A stretch of 64,000 nt of DNA from Rhizophagus irregularis (GCF_026210795.1 NC_089436.1:62001-126000); one strand, 5' to 3'. Shown: positions 22,090-36,827, numbered from the stretch's first letter. Notes: a model not told the origin generated them from the letters alone. Made by a program: numbers and translations.

Positions 22090-24500
22090 TCAAATGTAAC
22101 ATTTCATAACATTGTTATAACATTGTCAATTAAATCAAATTTTGCTTTTTTTTTGTCAAATGGTGCATTTTTATGAAAATTCCGCATTTTGCCATCAATG
22201 TAATATCATTGTAACAACATTTCATAACATTGTTATAACATTGTCAAATAAAATCAAATTTTGCTTTTTTTTTGTCAAATGGTGCATTTTTATGAAAATT
22301 CCGCATTTTGCCATCAATGTAATATCATTGTAACAACATTTCATAACATTGTTATAACATTGTCAAATAAAATCAAATTTTGCTTTTTTTTTGTCAAATG
22401 GTGCATTTTTATGAAAATTCCGCATTTTGCCATCAATGTAATATCATTGTAACAACATTTCATAACATTGTTATAACATTGTCAAATAAAATCAAATTTT
22501 GCTTTTTTTTGTTAAATATTCCGATTTTCTGCCAAATAGTACATTTTTTATGAAAATTCCACATTTTGCCACCAATGTAATATCATTGTAACAACATTTC
22601 ATAACATTGTTATAACATTGTCAATTAAAATCTAATTTTGCTTTTTTTTTGTCAAATATTCCGATTTTCTGCCAAATGGTACATTTTTTATGAAAATTCC
22701 ACATTTTGCCACCAATGTAATATCATTGTAACAACATTTCATGACATTGTTATAACATTGTCAAATAAAATCAAATTTTGCTTTTTTTTTGTCAAATATT
22801 CCGATTTTCTGCCAAATGGTACATTTTTTATGAAAATTCCGCATTTTGCCATCAATGTAATATCATTGTAACAACATTTCATAACATTGTTATAACATTC
22901 AAGTTCAAATAAAATCTAATTTTCGCTTTTTTTATCAAATATTCCGATTTTCTGCCAAATGGTACATTTTTTACGAAAATTCCACATTTCGCCACCAATG
23001 TAATATCATTGTAACAACATTTCATAACATTGTTATAACATTGTCAATTAAAATCTAATTTTGCTTTTTTTTTGTCAAATATTCCGATTTTCTGCCAATT
23101 TTATGAAAATTCCACATTTTGTCACAAATGTAATATCATTGTAACAACATTTCATAACATTGTTATAACATTGTCAAATAAAATCAAATTTTGCTTTTTT
23201 TTGTCAAATATTCTGATTTTCTGCCAAATGGTACATTTTTTATGAAAATTCTGCATTTTTCCATCAATGTAATATCATTGTAACAATATTTCATAACATT
23301 GTTATAACATTGTCAAATAAAATCTAATTTTGCTTTTTTTTTGTCAAATATTTCGATTTTCTGCCAAATAATACATTTTTTATGAAAATTTCACATTTTG
23401 CCACCAATGTAATATCATTGTAACAACATTTCATAACATTGTTATAACATTGTCAATTAAAATCTAATTTTGCTTTTTTTTTGTCAAATATTCCGATTTT
23501 CTGCCAATTTTATGAAAATTCCACATTTTGTCACAAATGTAATATCATTGTAACAACATTTCATAACATTGTTATAACATTGTCAAATAAAATCAAATTT
23601 TGCTTTTTTTTGTCAAATATTCCGATTTTCTGCCAAATGGTACATTTTTTATGAAAATTCCGCATTTTGCCATCAATGTAATATCATTGTAACAACATTT
23701 CATAACATTGTTATAACATTGTCAAATAAAATCTAATTTTGCTTTTTTTTTATCAAATATTCCGATTTTCTGCCAAATGGTACATTTTTTATGAAAATTC
23801 CACATTTTGCCACCAATGTAATATCATTGTAACAACATTTCATAACATTGTTATAACATTGTCAATTAAAATCTAATTTTGCTTTTTTTTTGTCAAATAT
23901 TCCGATTTTCTGCCAATTTTATGAAAATTCCACATTTTGTCACAAATGTAATATCATTGTAACAACATTTCATAACATTGTTATAACATTGTCAAATAAA
24001 ATCAAATTTTGCTTTTTTTTGTCAAATATTCTGATTTTCTGCCAAATGGTACATTTTTTATGAAAATTCTGCATTTTTCCATCAATGTAATATCATTGTA
24101 ACAATATTTCATAACATTGTTATAACATTGTCAAATAAAATCTAATTTTGCTTTTTTTTGTCAAATATTTCGATTTTCTGCCAAATAATACATTTTTTAT
24201 GAAAATTTCACATTTTGCCACCAATGTAATATCATTGTAACAACATTTCATAACATTGTTATAACATTGTCAATTAAAATCTAATTTTGCTTTTTTTTTG
24301 TCAAATATTCCGATTTTCTGCCAAATGGTACATTTTTTATGAAAATTCCACATTTTGCTACCAATGTAATATCATTGTAACAACATTTCATAACATTGTT
24401 ATAACATTGTCAATTAAAATCAAATTTTGCTTTTTTTTTGTCAAATATTCCGATTTTCTGCCAAATGGTACATTTTTTATGAAAATTCCGCATTTTTTAG
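22090..24500. repeat. Satellite-like tandem array, about 18 units of ~119-140 bp
   Basis: Core AATGTAATATCATTGTAACAACATTTCATAACATTGTTATAACATTGTCAA repeated throughout. Confidence 0.97.
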
Positions 24501-24759
24501 CAAATTTCATGCAAATTTCATGTTTTTTGGTCAAATGTTACATTTTTCGTTAGAATGTTATTTTTTTTCAACACTTTTTTTGCAAAATGTACATTTGTTG
24601 ACATTTTCTAGAAAAATGTAACATTTTATCAAAAAATTAGATCATTTACTAAAAAAATGCGACATTATTTACTGAATATTGAATAATTTGATATAATAAT
24701 CGGATAATTTCACAAAAAAAAAAAAATTATTTATTATGGTAAATTTAAATGTGAAATCT

Positions 24760-26556
24760 TCTATTTAACGGTAAAATGGCCAAGTATTCAATACATTTGT
24801 ATTTAAATTTTGCTAGAACAAATCTACCTAATATGTGATGAACCGGAATTATACTATCAACCGAAGAATTAAAAAACTCCTTTTTCCAAAGTTCCGGATT
24901 ATTCGTAAAATCATCAGAATCTTCGCTGGAAAAAAAATCTGATGTTTGCGGTCGCAGCGGGTTTATACTAATTCACAAAAGCCAAATAATGTTCCGTCAG
25001 ACCATTCAGAAGATGAACTGTATGTTTGAAATAGAATTGTACCTGGCCGGGATATGTGTCTATATGATCATTTCCACGTTGTTCTATAAAACGTGCTAAA
25101 ATATAAGAGCTTCTAATATACCTTTTGGATAATATTGACCCAAAATATTCTGCACCGATGCGCAATCTGCCACATTGTGTGATATTTCCAGTTACAGCAA
25201 TGTAATTTTCGGTTGATGAAGAAGGATCTAACCGTGGTCAGCTAAAATTATATTCTTCATAAGCGCAATTGTAGTAATCAACTAGTAAATCCAAAATATC
25301 ATCCGGTAATATGACATTCAATTTTATTGGACTTAAAAGTTCTCCAGGATATTCCTCCATTCCTGTTGCCCCGCCAGAAACCAGCTTTTCAGATATGTCT
25401 AAAAATGCCTGTAATTCCTTACTTTCGAAAGATTCATTTTCGTTATTGTCAGTTGTATCATCATTTAAATCAAGTATTTGAAAAATGGCCTGATGATTTA
25501 GAGCCAATGTATTGAATCTTCGTTCAATTTGAGAACTCTGCATCATAAATCGCATAATTTCCGGTTCAATTTTTCGTCTACTATTAGGTAAACTTTCTGT
25601 ATAATTGTAAAATCGTAAGTAATAATTCTGAATAATTTGAATAATATTATTGTAAATACCAACCAAAAATTCCATTCATCTTTTCAAAGGAGAAACACCA
25701 AAATGAGTAAAGAGGACCGTAATCTTTACAACATTTGTTCAAGTGTAATGAAAGATGTAAATTTGGTGTTATTGAAACTTCTCCGTAATTCATTTTGATA
25801 AGTTTCAAAATTTCATGTGCGTCATCTAAATTTTTGATTGTAACAATCCTTCGGACTAATATAGAACAAGCTTGGCTGAAATGTACTAAGATTTTCCGAT
25901 CTTCTTGGTCCAAAAAATCCCAAAGAACGACTCTGACATAAATCAGGAAAAAATTTTTCCATTCGTTAGCCGTTAAATTGGAAAATCCTTCCCCAATATC
26001 TATTTTATGAGAAATTCGACCGATTTCTGATGGTGAATGAATATTGTTCATGTTTTTTTGAATTTTCGTCAGATCATCCATATTTATTTTACCATGTCCT
26101 AACCAAAGCCGTTTTACGATAAATGATGCAATTCCTATAAATAAATTATGTATCAGGTCCACAGGTAAAAATCGTATCGGATTGAAATAAGACAAACGGA
26201 GTATTTCTAACCATCTCGCGTGATATTGCTTCGCATGTCTTTTTCTAGCTTCGTTGCTTTTACATTTTCTCCATTCCAAAGCCATTTCTCGATGACTATT
26301 CACGCTTTTAGCAACAAACCACTCGTCAATATCATCCATGCCACTAAAATTTCTATTTCTTGCAACCTTTAAGCATCTGTGACAGCTGAATAATGGCCAC
26401 ATAATTTTCTAGTAGCTGGTATATCGTAGCAACAAGCAATTACTACGCATTTTATCAATCTTCTGGATAAATGTTCAGAAGTTTTGTCTAATCCCACTCC
26501 TTCCCAAAAAGTTTGAAATTGATCAACAATTGGCGCCAAGTAATGATTTATCTGAT
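24760..26556 (-). pseudogene. CACTA/EnSpm-like (Tnp2-type) transposase relic
   Basis: QINHYLAPIVDQF, CCYDIPATRK, CHRC, VDLIHNLFIG, LTANEWK, TPNLHLSLHL...YGPLYSFWCFSFEKMNG. Confidence 0.8.
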
Positions 26557-26679
26557 ATACTTCAGTATAAGTACGGGTGTTGATTAATATTGTAAAACGC
26601 GTTAAACAACTAGCTAGTGTTGATCAACACGTATACTGGTGTGAATCAACACTTTTCAAACTTGCTGATGTTCTATACA

Positions 26680-28718
26680 AGTAATGAATTAGGAGAATTT
26701 TCAGTATATTCATGTTTATCTTTATGGCCATCATCAACCAGGGCAAAAATAGTAGCTATTTTCTTGGCATTGTTGACAGCACCAGAAAATTCTAATATAA
26801 CTATTTATACAGACAGCTTAGGTGCTATTAATTCAATTAATTCAGCTTTTAATTCAACAACTAGAACATGGCTTAAAAAGACCAATAATCTAATCATTAT
26901 TAAAATAATTATGCTGATCAGAGAAGCATTTATAAATTTAAAGTTGGTTAAAATAAAGGGTCATAGTGGCATAATAGGTAATGATATAGCTGATAAATTA
27001 GCAAAGAAAGGACGATGTGGAAACAATTTATTCAGGAATAATGTAGATTTTATTAATAATATATTATCTTATTTTCCTGTTTTTATAGATAAACCTATTG
27101 AAGTTAATATTAGAAGATTTATTTTGAAAATATTAGCTACAGGTGAAGCTACTGAATGGTCATTGTTAAAAAATAATCAGGAATTATGTTATGGAGATGT
27201 TAATCAGATAGACTGGAAAATTACTTGGCTTATTTTCCATTATTGCAAGGGATTTCACTGCAATAGTATGAGAATCAACTATTTATGGACTTTTATAGCA
27301 AAATTATTTTATAAAATCCTTCCATTAGGATCAATTTTAGCAATAAGAAAACCAAAACTCTATAAGGAAATGAAATGTATTATAAAATATAGGACCCCGG
27401 ATATCTAATATAAAGGTCATAATGGACTTTTAGCCAAAAACACCCCTTTTTGCTGAAACTCAAAAAATCGTTTTTTGTAAATATCTCAGCATCCAGTAAT
27501 TCAATTTTAATGAACTTTTTTTTATTTTGTAGCCCTCATTTAGCTCTACAATTTAAAAAAAAGTTCATCAAAATTGGACCACTGGATGCCGAGATATTTA
27601 CAAAAAACGATTTTTTGAGCCCTGAAAAATGGGCCAATCTGCCAAAAGTGTGACTTATGACCTGTTTTGGAGATATCCGGGGTCCTTAAAATATAATAAG
27701 AAAGAAAATTGGAACCATTTATTTGAATATCAGGCATATGAGGTAGCTTGGCAAAAAATATTAGAAATTACAACAAAAGAATCTATAATTATATGTTTGA
27801 AACAAAAACAAATTAGATGTCAAGGTGAAGATTTTATTAGAAAAGTATTACAAAACATATTAGGAATTACAGCAAAGTCAGAAAAATTTCAAAAGTTCCA
27901 ACATTTGGCATTAGAAGTAAAAGTTGAAACTTGTCTATCAATAAGATTACAAAAAGACTTCAAGATATCTCTTGCTAAGGCACAGACATTTATGGCCAAC
28001 ATTTTAATTCAATTCATTCTAGCATTTAAAGAATTAATATGAAAACCAAGATGTAAACAAGTTATTTTATGGGAAAAAAGAGAAGGTATTTCTCGAACAG
28101 ATAAAATTACTTCAGAATCCAAAGCAAAAGACAATTCAAATCAACTTTCAGAATTCAAAGTAAAGAACAATTCAAATCAACTTACAAATAAAGTTAAAGA
28201 TTTACAAATGAGAAAAGTAGATCGATTACAAAAATCAGTCTCTTTGGTAAAGAAATCTATAGATACCTTTGTAAGGAAATACATATGTGAGAATTGGATT
28301 CCAATAAAAAAGAAAGTTGATAAAATTACGTTATACATGAGCAAAAAATTATTGGATTAATAGATACAAAAATAATATTTTTATTCTTTTCTTATTTATA
28401 TTTATTTTTATTTATAATTTTAGACATATAATTTATTAATTATTGTTAATTTTATTTTTAATTTTAATTTTGTTTTTGTTTTTCTTTTAATGTTTTATTT
28501 TTGTTTATACTTTTAGATTATGGTATATTATTTTGCTATGCTTTTTGATTACTTTTATTCTTAATTTTAATTTTATTGGTAATATAATATCTAATGGTTG
28601 ATCGGACTGGCCTGGAGCTGAAAGTATCATTTATAGAATATTTGTGATTATTATGTAGTCCAAATATATTCTAATAAAATGGTACATGATTCAACATTTT
28701 AAAAAAAAAAAAAAAAAA
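26680..28718 (+). mobile_element. 5'-truncated LINE fragment: RNase H domain, C-terminus, 3' UTR and poly(A)
   Basis: SSTRAK, IYTDSLGAI, KIKGHSGIIGNDIADKLAK (RNase H); A18 tail at 28701-28718. Confidence 0.85.
27391..27686. mobile_element. MITE with AGGACC termini, family A copy 2, opposite orientation
   Basis: Same TIR and body as 20681-20976; 8-bp TSD TAAAATAT; removal restores KCIIKYNKKENW. Confidence 0.92.
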
Positions 28719-29464
28719 TGTAAAAATAATGTTTTTGCAATGTTTTTACATTAAATTATTAAAAAATATTGCAAAATATTATTTTTTAATTAAATAAATA
28801 TTTTCACAATATTTTTACTTCAAATTATTAAAAATAACGTTGCAAAAATGCTATTTTTAATTAAATTAATGTAAAAATAACATTTTTGCAATATTTTTAC
28901 ATTAAATTATTAAAAAAATGATGTGAAACATTATTTTTTAATTAAATAACCATTTTTGCAATGTTCTTACTTCAAATATTAAAAATAACGTTATGAAATA
29001 TTATTTTTAATTAAATTAATGTAAAAATAATGTTTTCGTAACGTTTTTACATTAAAATTATTAAAAAATGTTGCAAAATGTTATTTTTAATTAAATTAAT
29101 GTAAAAATAACATTTGTGCAATGTTTTTACATTAAAATTATTAAAAAGAACATTGCAAAACATTATTTTTTAATTAAATAAACATTTTCGTAATGTTCTT
29201 TATTAAATATTGAAAAAAATATTGTGAAAACGTTTTGCAATGTTTTTTATATAATAGCTCGTTTGGCTTGTAAATCAGCTTAAGATTTTTGAGCTAAGTT
29301 TGTTACAGGCTCAAGTTTTTTAAGCTGAGCCTAATAACTGGCTCAAGCTCTTTTAAGCCGGCTCGTAAGCTACCAAACCAATTTAATTATGGCTTGGCTT
29401 TAGTTGGCTCAGCTTGAAAAGCTTGAGCTAGCTTATGAGCTGGCTCGGCTCATGTAGAGCACTA
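28719..29464. mobile_element. One end of a hAT-like element, copy 2, with an internal AT-rich ~60-bp tandem array
   Basis: Ends ...GTAGAGCACTA; repeated TTTTGCAA...TTTTTACATTAAA units at 28720-29240. Confidence 0.6.
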
Positions 29465-29912
29465 GTTTCAAATAACTAAAAAAAATATAAAAATACATTA
29501 GATATATCAAATAAAATGAAAAATAACAAATATGAATATAGCTTACATTAGCTGTTTGGACACATTTATTACTGTTTTGTGACATTTCTTTAATATACTT
29601 TAAAAAAAGAAAAATGAAATAATTTGTAAAACTAAAATGTGAAAAGTTCATTTAATAGTCTAAATGAAAATTTAATTTTGTAAAGTCAGAACGTGTAGAA
29701 GTTTAATAAACTAAAAACATGTAAAAGTTTTAACTAAAACAATAAAAGCTTATTTAAACTTATTCAAACGCAACTAAAACAATAAAAGCTTATTTAAACT
29801 TATTTGAATACGTAAAAGTTTTAACTAAAATAATAAAAGCTTATTTTATAAAAATCAGACATGATCTTTGAAGTCTTAACTATAATATATAATTAAAGGC
29901 TATTAAATTTAT

Positions 29913-30894
29913 TTATTTATTTATTTTTTTTTTTAAAACTTTATTATAGATGCGATTATGTCCTATTATAATCACGCTTACTTACATATATAAACTTACA
30001 AAATATAAGATAAACAAATACATATAAGAATTAAGCATTATGAAACAAGACTACTTTTCATAAAGAACAAGTCGACCTATCACCTAAACGATCACATCAT
30101 TGTTAAAAACCATGATGCAACCTCAAATTCAAAGGTGACTGTCATGATCTACCTAAAAATTTGCCTAATGACCGCCATGATGGAATGCCAAATCATTCCA
30201 TTTATTCCAATTACTTTCTAACATATTACAGCCAACATTTTTAACATCCACTTCAGTGCGTTTACTATGTGACTTAGCTTTTTTATCTTTAACGCTAATA
30301 CCGCACCACTTTTCTTCCTTTATTTGTAACTTGTTCTTTGGTTCCCAAATAAGCACTTTGAATTCTAATAAAACTCTCCCAGTTATTTATTTCAGTACCT
30401 TATACAACAATTTTTCTTCAGTTATTTTATAGCACCTTAATAATTCTATTAACTGACAACTAACTTGATTCTTTATTAAAAATGTAAAATCATATAAGCG
30501 TTCAATATCCCACATACTAAGCTCATTAATTTTAACATTTAATTCTTGTATATCTATATCATTTCTTGAATACTCCTGTATAATTTTAGCTAAAAAAATT
30601 TTTAATCGTATGACTACACGTTATAAATAACGTGCATGTATGATTCTTTCTTTATTTAAAAAAAAAGCTGTATGTACATACTATTTAATACAGAATGATG
30701 AACTCATTTATAATTAATTTGATAAAACTACTAAAAGAAGTCTATATATTTTTCTTTCAAATAAAATTTGCCATATGTAAATATAATCAAATATGGAATG
30801 GTGTGAAACTAAAAATAAATTCAATAGACAATCTGTCTATATATTTTTCTTTCTAACCTAATAGCCTTATGTAAATATTATTAAATAAGGAATG
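29913..30894 (-). mobile_element. 5'-truncated LINE copy with TSD
   Basis: 18-bp TSD AAAGGCTATTAAATTTAT (29895-29912, 30895-30912); A/(TAAA)n tail; decayed ORF2-like C-terminus LIWEP...WNKW. Confidence 0.8.
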
Positions 30895-32888
30895 AAAGGC
30901 TATTAAATTTATAAAATAAATTATTTGTAAATATCAAATTTACATTGAAATTATATTATACAAATATCAGAAATTATACTATATATATATCGGAAATACA
31001 TTGTGCATTTATCAAAATGCTGATACTTCCTAATATGTTTAATAAAAATATCTGATATAAATATTACCAATCTGCTTGAATTTCATTCAGATCGGAATCA
31101 ATAGGACTATCAGATATATAAAATTTGTTCTGATAACTCTTTATTGACCAGTGTGTGTTTTAATAATCTTTATGGTTTTAATTATTTCATTTCATTCAAT
31201 TAGCTGGGGATATCAACAATAATAATGGTATTTATAGTGATATTAATAAACAAGCATTGGATTTAACAGAGACTAGCAAGTATAACCTTTATGGTAATCG
31301 AGATGGGCCAGTTAATTCAAACTATTGATATATTAATTTAAGGAAATGATGTTTTAGTTTATATTATCATTATATTAATAAATATTACAAAAAATTCACA
31401 TATGGTACACATACTGTATGTATAAAATGTATGAGAAATGGTGCTTTAATATATATTAATATATACAATCTCATAAATCCATTGTATTTTTATATTTTAT
31501 CAATTACCAATGGTATAATTTCACAAAACCCTGTTTAAATAGATAGATTGAAAGTTGACGTGTCTTATGAGCCAATTTTAAAATTGTTTGATGATGAGAT
31601 TCAACAAAGAAAAAATGAAAATCTAACAAGTGTATCCAGAAACTTAAATATCTAAAAGGTAATATAACATCCATTTATATCAAATGTTAAAATGAAATTA
31701 TATGTTTATTAACTTGTACATTTCACGTAAACTTTAAATACAAAAAATAAACTTAACTAGGTAAAGGAGTTATTCGTAATTGTCTTTCTTATTTTGGAGA
31801 ATATATTGTGTCCAAGAAATTTCTAAATATGTTAACACTACGTCATTACCATTTTATTTGCCAGATACTTAGTCATTCTGATGTTATACCGAAATTATTG
31901 TACAATAAGTTTGAGCATTCAATCTATGATCATTAATTTGTAATTACAAATTCTCAACTACGAGACTATGATCTGAAGTCACAATTGCTATAGTGAAACT
32001 GCATGTATATACATAGTGCAAAAATTGTATGAACACATAAATTATATTATTAATAATACTACTATTACTAGTGTCTTATTCCCTGCACTTAAACGAATCA
32101 CTTTGGAATTCCATCTAAAACTGGAGATTAAGAACTTCATTCCTAAAGAATTTTGTAACATATGTTATTTTTTGGAAATACATAATTCATGTCTACAAAA
32201 AAAATATGTATGATTTTCTGGATACCACATCCCCTCGAAGAGGTGAATGAAGAAAAATAGGGGTCTCTATCAAAGAGGCGGTTTACTTTTCACTTCAATA
32301 ATAGTAAGTATTTATTGATTCAATAATTAGTTGGGTATGTGTCCAAGAAATTTTCAAATACGCTAACATTATGTCTATTATTCTATGCCAAAAGCAAGAA
32401 GCGAAAAAATAATTAACATACTTTTATTGCAAAACAGAAATAACCAAAGGAGGACCACCAGCTAATGACCACTAGTACTACAATTTTGGCATTCAACATA
32501 GAAAGAAGATAATATATTGGGAGAAGTGGGTATAAATTGATGTTGGAAGGAAACAAAGTATTATTGACAAATCTGTTTGTTATATTTGATGATAGGAAGA
32601 AAATAATTGTAAATGCTCATGCAAGTAAACAAAAAAACCCCCAATAATTATAAGCACAACCATAATTTAATGCAAATGTACATAACATTTTATACTTTAC
32701 ACATAATTCAATTTAAAATTAATACTTGTGCATTAAATTTATTATAGCAATAAAACTAATCATTCTTACATTAAAAGATTTTTTTTTTTGTTATACTTTA
32801 AAACGTTGATATAAAGCCTAAAGCAAACATAACACCTACAAGAAGACTAAAAAGCTTGATTCTTTCAGAGCATATCCCTAATTTTCGA

Positions 32889-35666
32889 TTAAATGATGGG
32901 TGCATATATTTCAGTGCCTTGTACATCAAATGGGAAAAGGTCTAATTTTTGTTTTTTAACCGCCCTTGGGTTCACACTATAAAAATGATCCTCACTAATA
33001 TATGGCCGTTTTGCAGCAACATTATAAATAGAAGCATTACCAATTCCCATAAGAGTATTTTTTAACCTATTTATATCCCAAAAATTGGGATTGATATCCC
33101 TAGTAAGAGAAAATGTGGCTCGTGCTGAAAAAACGGGGCCAAAGTAGCTCTTAAAATTTTCTTTTGAGACGATCAGAATTTCTGGTAGATTTTTATTCCC
33201 CTTGTATGGTTGTGTAGTAAATATGATCGTTTTGGTTTCATACCCTTCAAGGTTAGAACGTTTGATGCTCTTAACATTCTTCTTGTTTTCATCACTAACA
33301 TTTTCCTCTTTTATCTCCTCTGAGCCATAATCCCATTTGTTTTGAACCATTATGATATAAAAAAATCCAGATACACCTTCCATAACATAAATCATGTCTG
33401 AAGATTCAGCAGAAGTACCAACACAATGCCCATTATCCCAGGGGATCTTTGAACCATCAGAATTATCCGTCACTATTAAATTTAATGGAAATTGCTCTCT
33501 CGACCTATATATACCGAGCCTTTTCAATTTCATAACAATATCCAAGTCTTCTTTCGTTCCATAAGCACCAGGATGTAGATTTCGAAGAGATAGCTCATTT
33601 TTCCCCATTTTAATGGCCAGATTGACGCGAAAGGAAATGTGATGTGCTACAAATAATTCCCATTCTTGCCAATACATATAATTATTATTTACACTAAAGG
33701 CCTTCTTCATAAGTTCTACATCAACAATCTTTAACTTATCATTATAAATGCAAACAAAAAGAAATGGCATTTCAATAAGGAACAAATCTCGACCGTCATA
33801 TGAAGAGAGAGCAAAATGCCCGTCGGTTTGCAGATCTTTGACTGTTGTCCCTTTATTATCTTCTTTATTATCTTTTTTATTATCTAAGCGCTTATTTTCT
33901 TCAACAGGGATCCCCTCAACGCAATGGTACAAAAGATTCATGTAAAGTTCCATTTCATCGTCAACCTTTCTATAAATGTCGTACATTTTTTCAAGATCAT
34001 TCTTAACGATTGAGAAAATATTATCATAATCATACTCTAGGTCCTCAAAGAATTTTTTTCCATTACCACCTATTGTCTTAAAACATACGTCAAAGAGTTT
34101 TTCAAGTGCACGAGGCAAACCTCCAGTATCTATCAGAAGTTGTAAAAGTGGAGCACAAAGCTTCCACTTATATACGTATTTTGTTGTTGGTGGTGCTACG
34201 CCTTTTTTTTTGTTTGCTGCGTCTTTTTTAGTTGGTGCTTCTGGTGCTTCAAAGTCTAATAATGTTGTTGGTGCTTTAAATTTTGTCGCAAAATGGTCCA
34301 TAATTCGAATCATCGATTTAATGTCCAATAATGGACAATCAACAAACTGAAATGAGATATCCGTAGCTTGTTTTTGTTGAGCAATAGCTCGTGGTGTTGT
34401 TCCTGAGAGGAATGGTTGTATAAAAGTAGGATAATCACCAGTCATGAATTTTGCAATGCCACGGATCATATTCTTAAAGAATTGTTTTGTTTTATTGTAT
34501 GCATCCCATTCATCAATCATTTGAAATTCATCAATATGAAGATACAAGAATAATTTTTGATTGTTGGAGAACTTCAGAGATTCATAGTAATAATAAATGA
34601 CGGAATCAAATTTGAAAATACTTTTGTCGTATACAAGAGCTTTAACACAGAATATATCGAAAGTGATGGCATATTTTTTTTCAATGAAGAATGCATAAGC
34701 AGCCCGCAATCCAAGGATTACCTCTGGTATAAGTTCGCTGTCATCTTCTTTAAGGTAAAGACCATTCCTAAAATTCATATAGAGATATTCAAAATGTACA
34801 TCACCCCATTGTTTTGGAGGATTCCAATTTTTTTTGATGTAATCAAAAAGCTCTATTCCAAATCGAGTTTTTCCTATTCAAGGAATTTCAGATACAGATG
34901 GCAATCTATATAAATCATTTAGAAAAGACATAAGAAACTAAGAAACTTACCTATCCCGGGGGCTCCTGCGCTGACGATACACCAATAATTCGAATTGCCT
35001 ATCTTTCTCTCAATATTAGCTACTGCGGTTGCTTCAATTTTATTCGTTGCCTCGCCAAAGTCACGTTGTTGCAGTGGCATGTCATTTGATTCGTAAGATG
35101 ATTTAGGCTTACGCTCTTTCAAATCCTTCGTAATTTCTTTAATAATTTCTCCAACTAAGGAGAGGCGGTAAATTTACATTAAAATCGGTATTAGAATAGT
35201 TCAAGCAATAAAGATTGGCGCGCTTACTGGTTTTCCCGGGTTCTAATTGTTTGAAAAAAAAAAATCATGATTGGGGAATGTGAGACCAAACTCGATATTT
35301 TGTTACTGCAATTTCCTTGTTCGAGAGGTAAAAAATTGGGAGACACTTACCAGTAGTGGCGGGCAGAAGCGGTTGGACGATGATACGGATGTTAGTGCTA
35401 AGGGGTACATTTTGAAAATGAGTTCCAACAGATTCGAATGAATGCAACTCTACTCCTTTGTGTTCTTTTATTATCATTTCTTGATTTTCCTTGGTTTGTA
35501 CAATATCGACTCTCCATAATGTCAGTTTGTCTGCGTCAATGCCAATAAAGGCATTTTGTTTCTCGTCCTTTATAGCTTTTTTTAGATGCCCAACGGTCGT
35601 GTGACTACTAATATCAATCGGAAAAGAGTTTTTAATAGCGTCACCTTGAACGAGACAAAATACCAT
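32889..35666 (-). CDS. Crinkler (CRN) family protein: ubiquitin-like N-terminus, P-loop NTPase, PD-(D/E)XK-like nuclease; 4 predicted exons
   Basis: FCLVQG...TVGHLKKAIK...DADKLTLWRV...IRIIVQP (CRN N-terminus); exons ~35666-35351, 15-nt micro-exon near 35228-35242, 35154-34951, 34873-32889; Walker A GAPGIG|KT spans an intron; Walker B LHIDEFQ; SD...VQNK. Confidence 0.88.
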
Positions 35667-36827
35667 GATGTCGGTATATCTGCAAACGCGAAAATCGAGA
35701 GTTAGAAACAAAGTTCAAAAAAGTAATAATACAAATAAAACATTTTGGATAAAACGTTAAACCTAGCGGGTGGGGTTTTTTCCTCATTTAGTTTGTACCT
35801 GGAATGGCAAAAGTACTCGAGATAGCGAAGAATAGCTTGACATTTTGATTATATGTCATATATATATATATTTTCATAAATGGTTGTTGACTAATTACTA
35901 CGAACTGTGAGTCAGTAATATTACGAACAGAGTCAGCAATGTGTCAAGGACCAAATACAAAATCGAAAAAAATTAAAAAATTTATCAATCAAAAATCAGC
36001 CACATGTCATGATGTCACATGAGAGTACCAATCAAAATAATTCCCAGTTGGGAAGACATTACGCAAACAAAGATACTGTATGTTATGACTGTACATTTAC
36101 AAGGAAGCGACTCAGAGCTTACAAAGCTAATATCTATTTTTTTTGTTAGGGGAATATAAACTTTTGGTGAGTTCTACTAAGGTCAATACTGTTAATTTAT
36201 TTCTGGCTCTGCATAACTGATGACCATTTTTGTTCTATCTAGAATATCGATGTTAAGGACAAATGAAATCGGATTAATGTTGAGATATTATATTAGTATA
36301 GATAGTTCGGATGATGGTGTGGGTCTGTAGGCATTAGTATAGAAATGCCCACCATTTCACATTGTAAAACAAGTCTATGTATTATCAAATCATGTAATTT
36401 ATTTACTGCATCAATAAAGAATTCAAGCTGAAAATGTTATACATTATATTAAGTATATTTTTTATGGAATATAGAGATGTATTAGTAAATAAAAAAAGGT
36501 GAGACCTAAAGTCCCACTTAGGTAAAAATGCATTTTAAATAATCGTGTTCTATATAAAAGTTATTATTGAACATGCAATTTGAACTTGATTTATTAAAAC
36601 AACGCGTATCAAGCTTCTAGTTGAGAATGCTGAGATTAAGGCTGAAAATGCCAAGGTTAAAGTTAAAAATGCTAAACTAAAGCAGGCTATAGAGGAGAAT
36701 GAGGCCAGACTTGCAAAATTAGAGCAGAGTGATAAAGAAAAAGCTAAACTCATTGCAGAACTCAATTGTAATGTCAGAAAAATCAAGCAGGAGCAAATTA
36801 TTGTTGACGTTACAACACAGCCTAGTA

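Noticed and set aside
22090..24500. CRISPR-like array, or the short ORFs in the tandem repeat
   Set aside because: Units are contiguous near-identical repeats without unique spacers; eukaryotic context, no cas genes; the ORFs are repeat artefacts
26557..26660. Small inverted repeat CAGTATA...TATACTG at the CACTA/LINE junction
   Set aside because: Short, no TSD; cannot be supported as an element
20714..27737. Duplicated 67-aa ORF MLKLKKSFFVNIS...
   Set aside because: Non-ATG start, inside two copies of a 296-bp MITE
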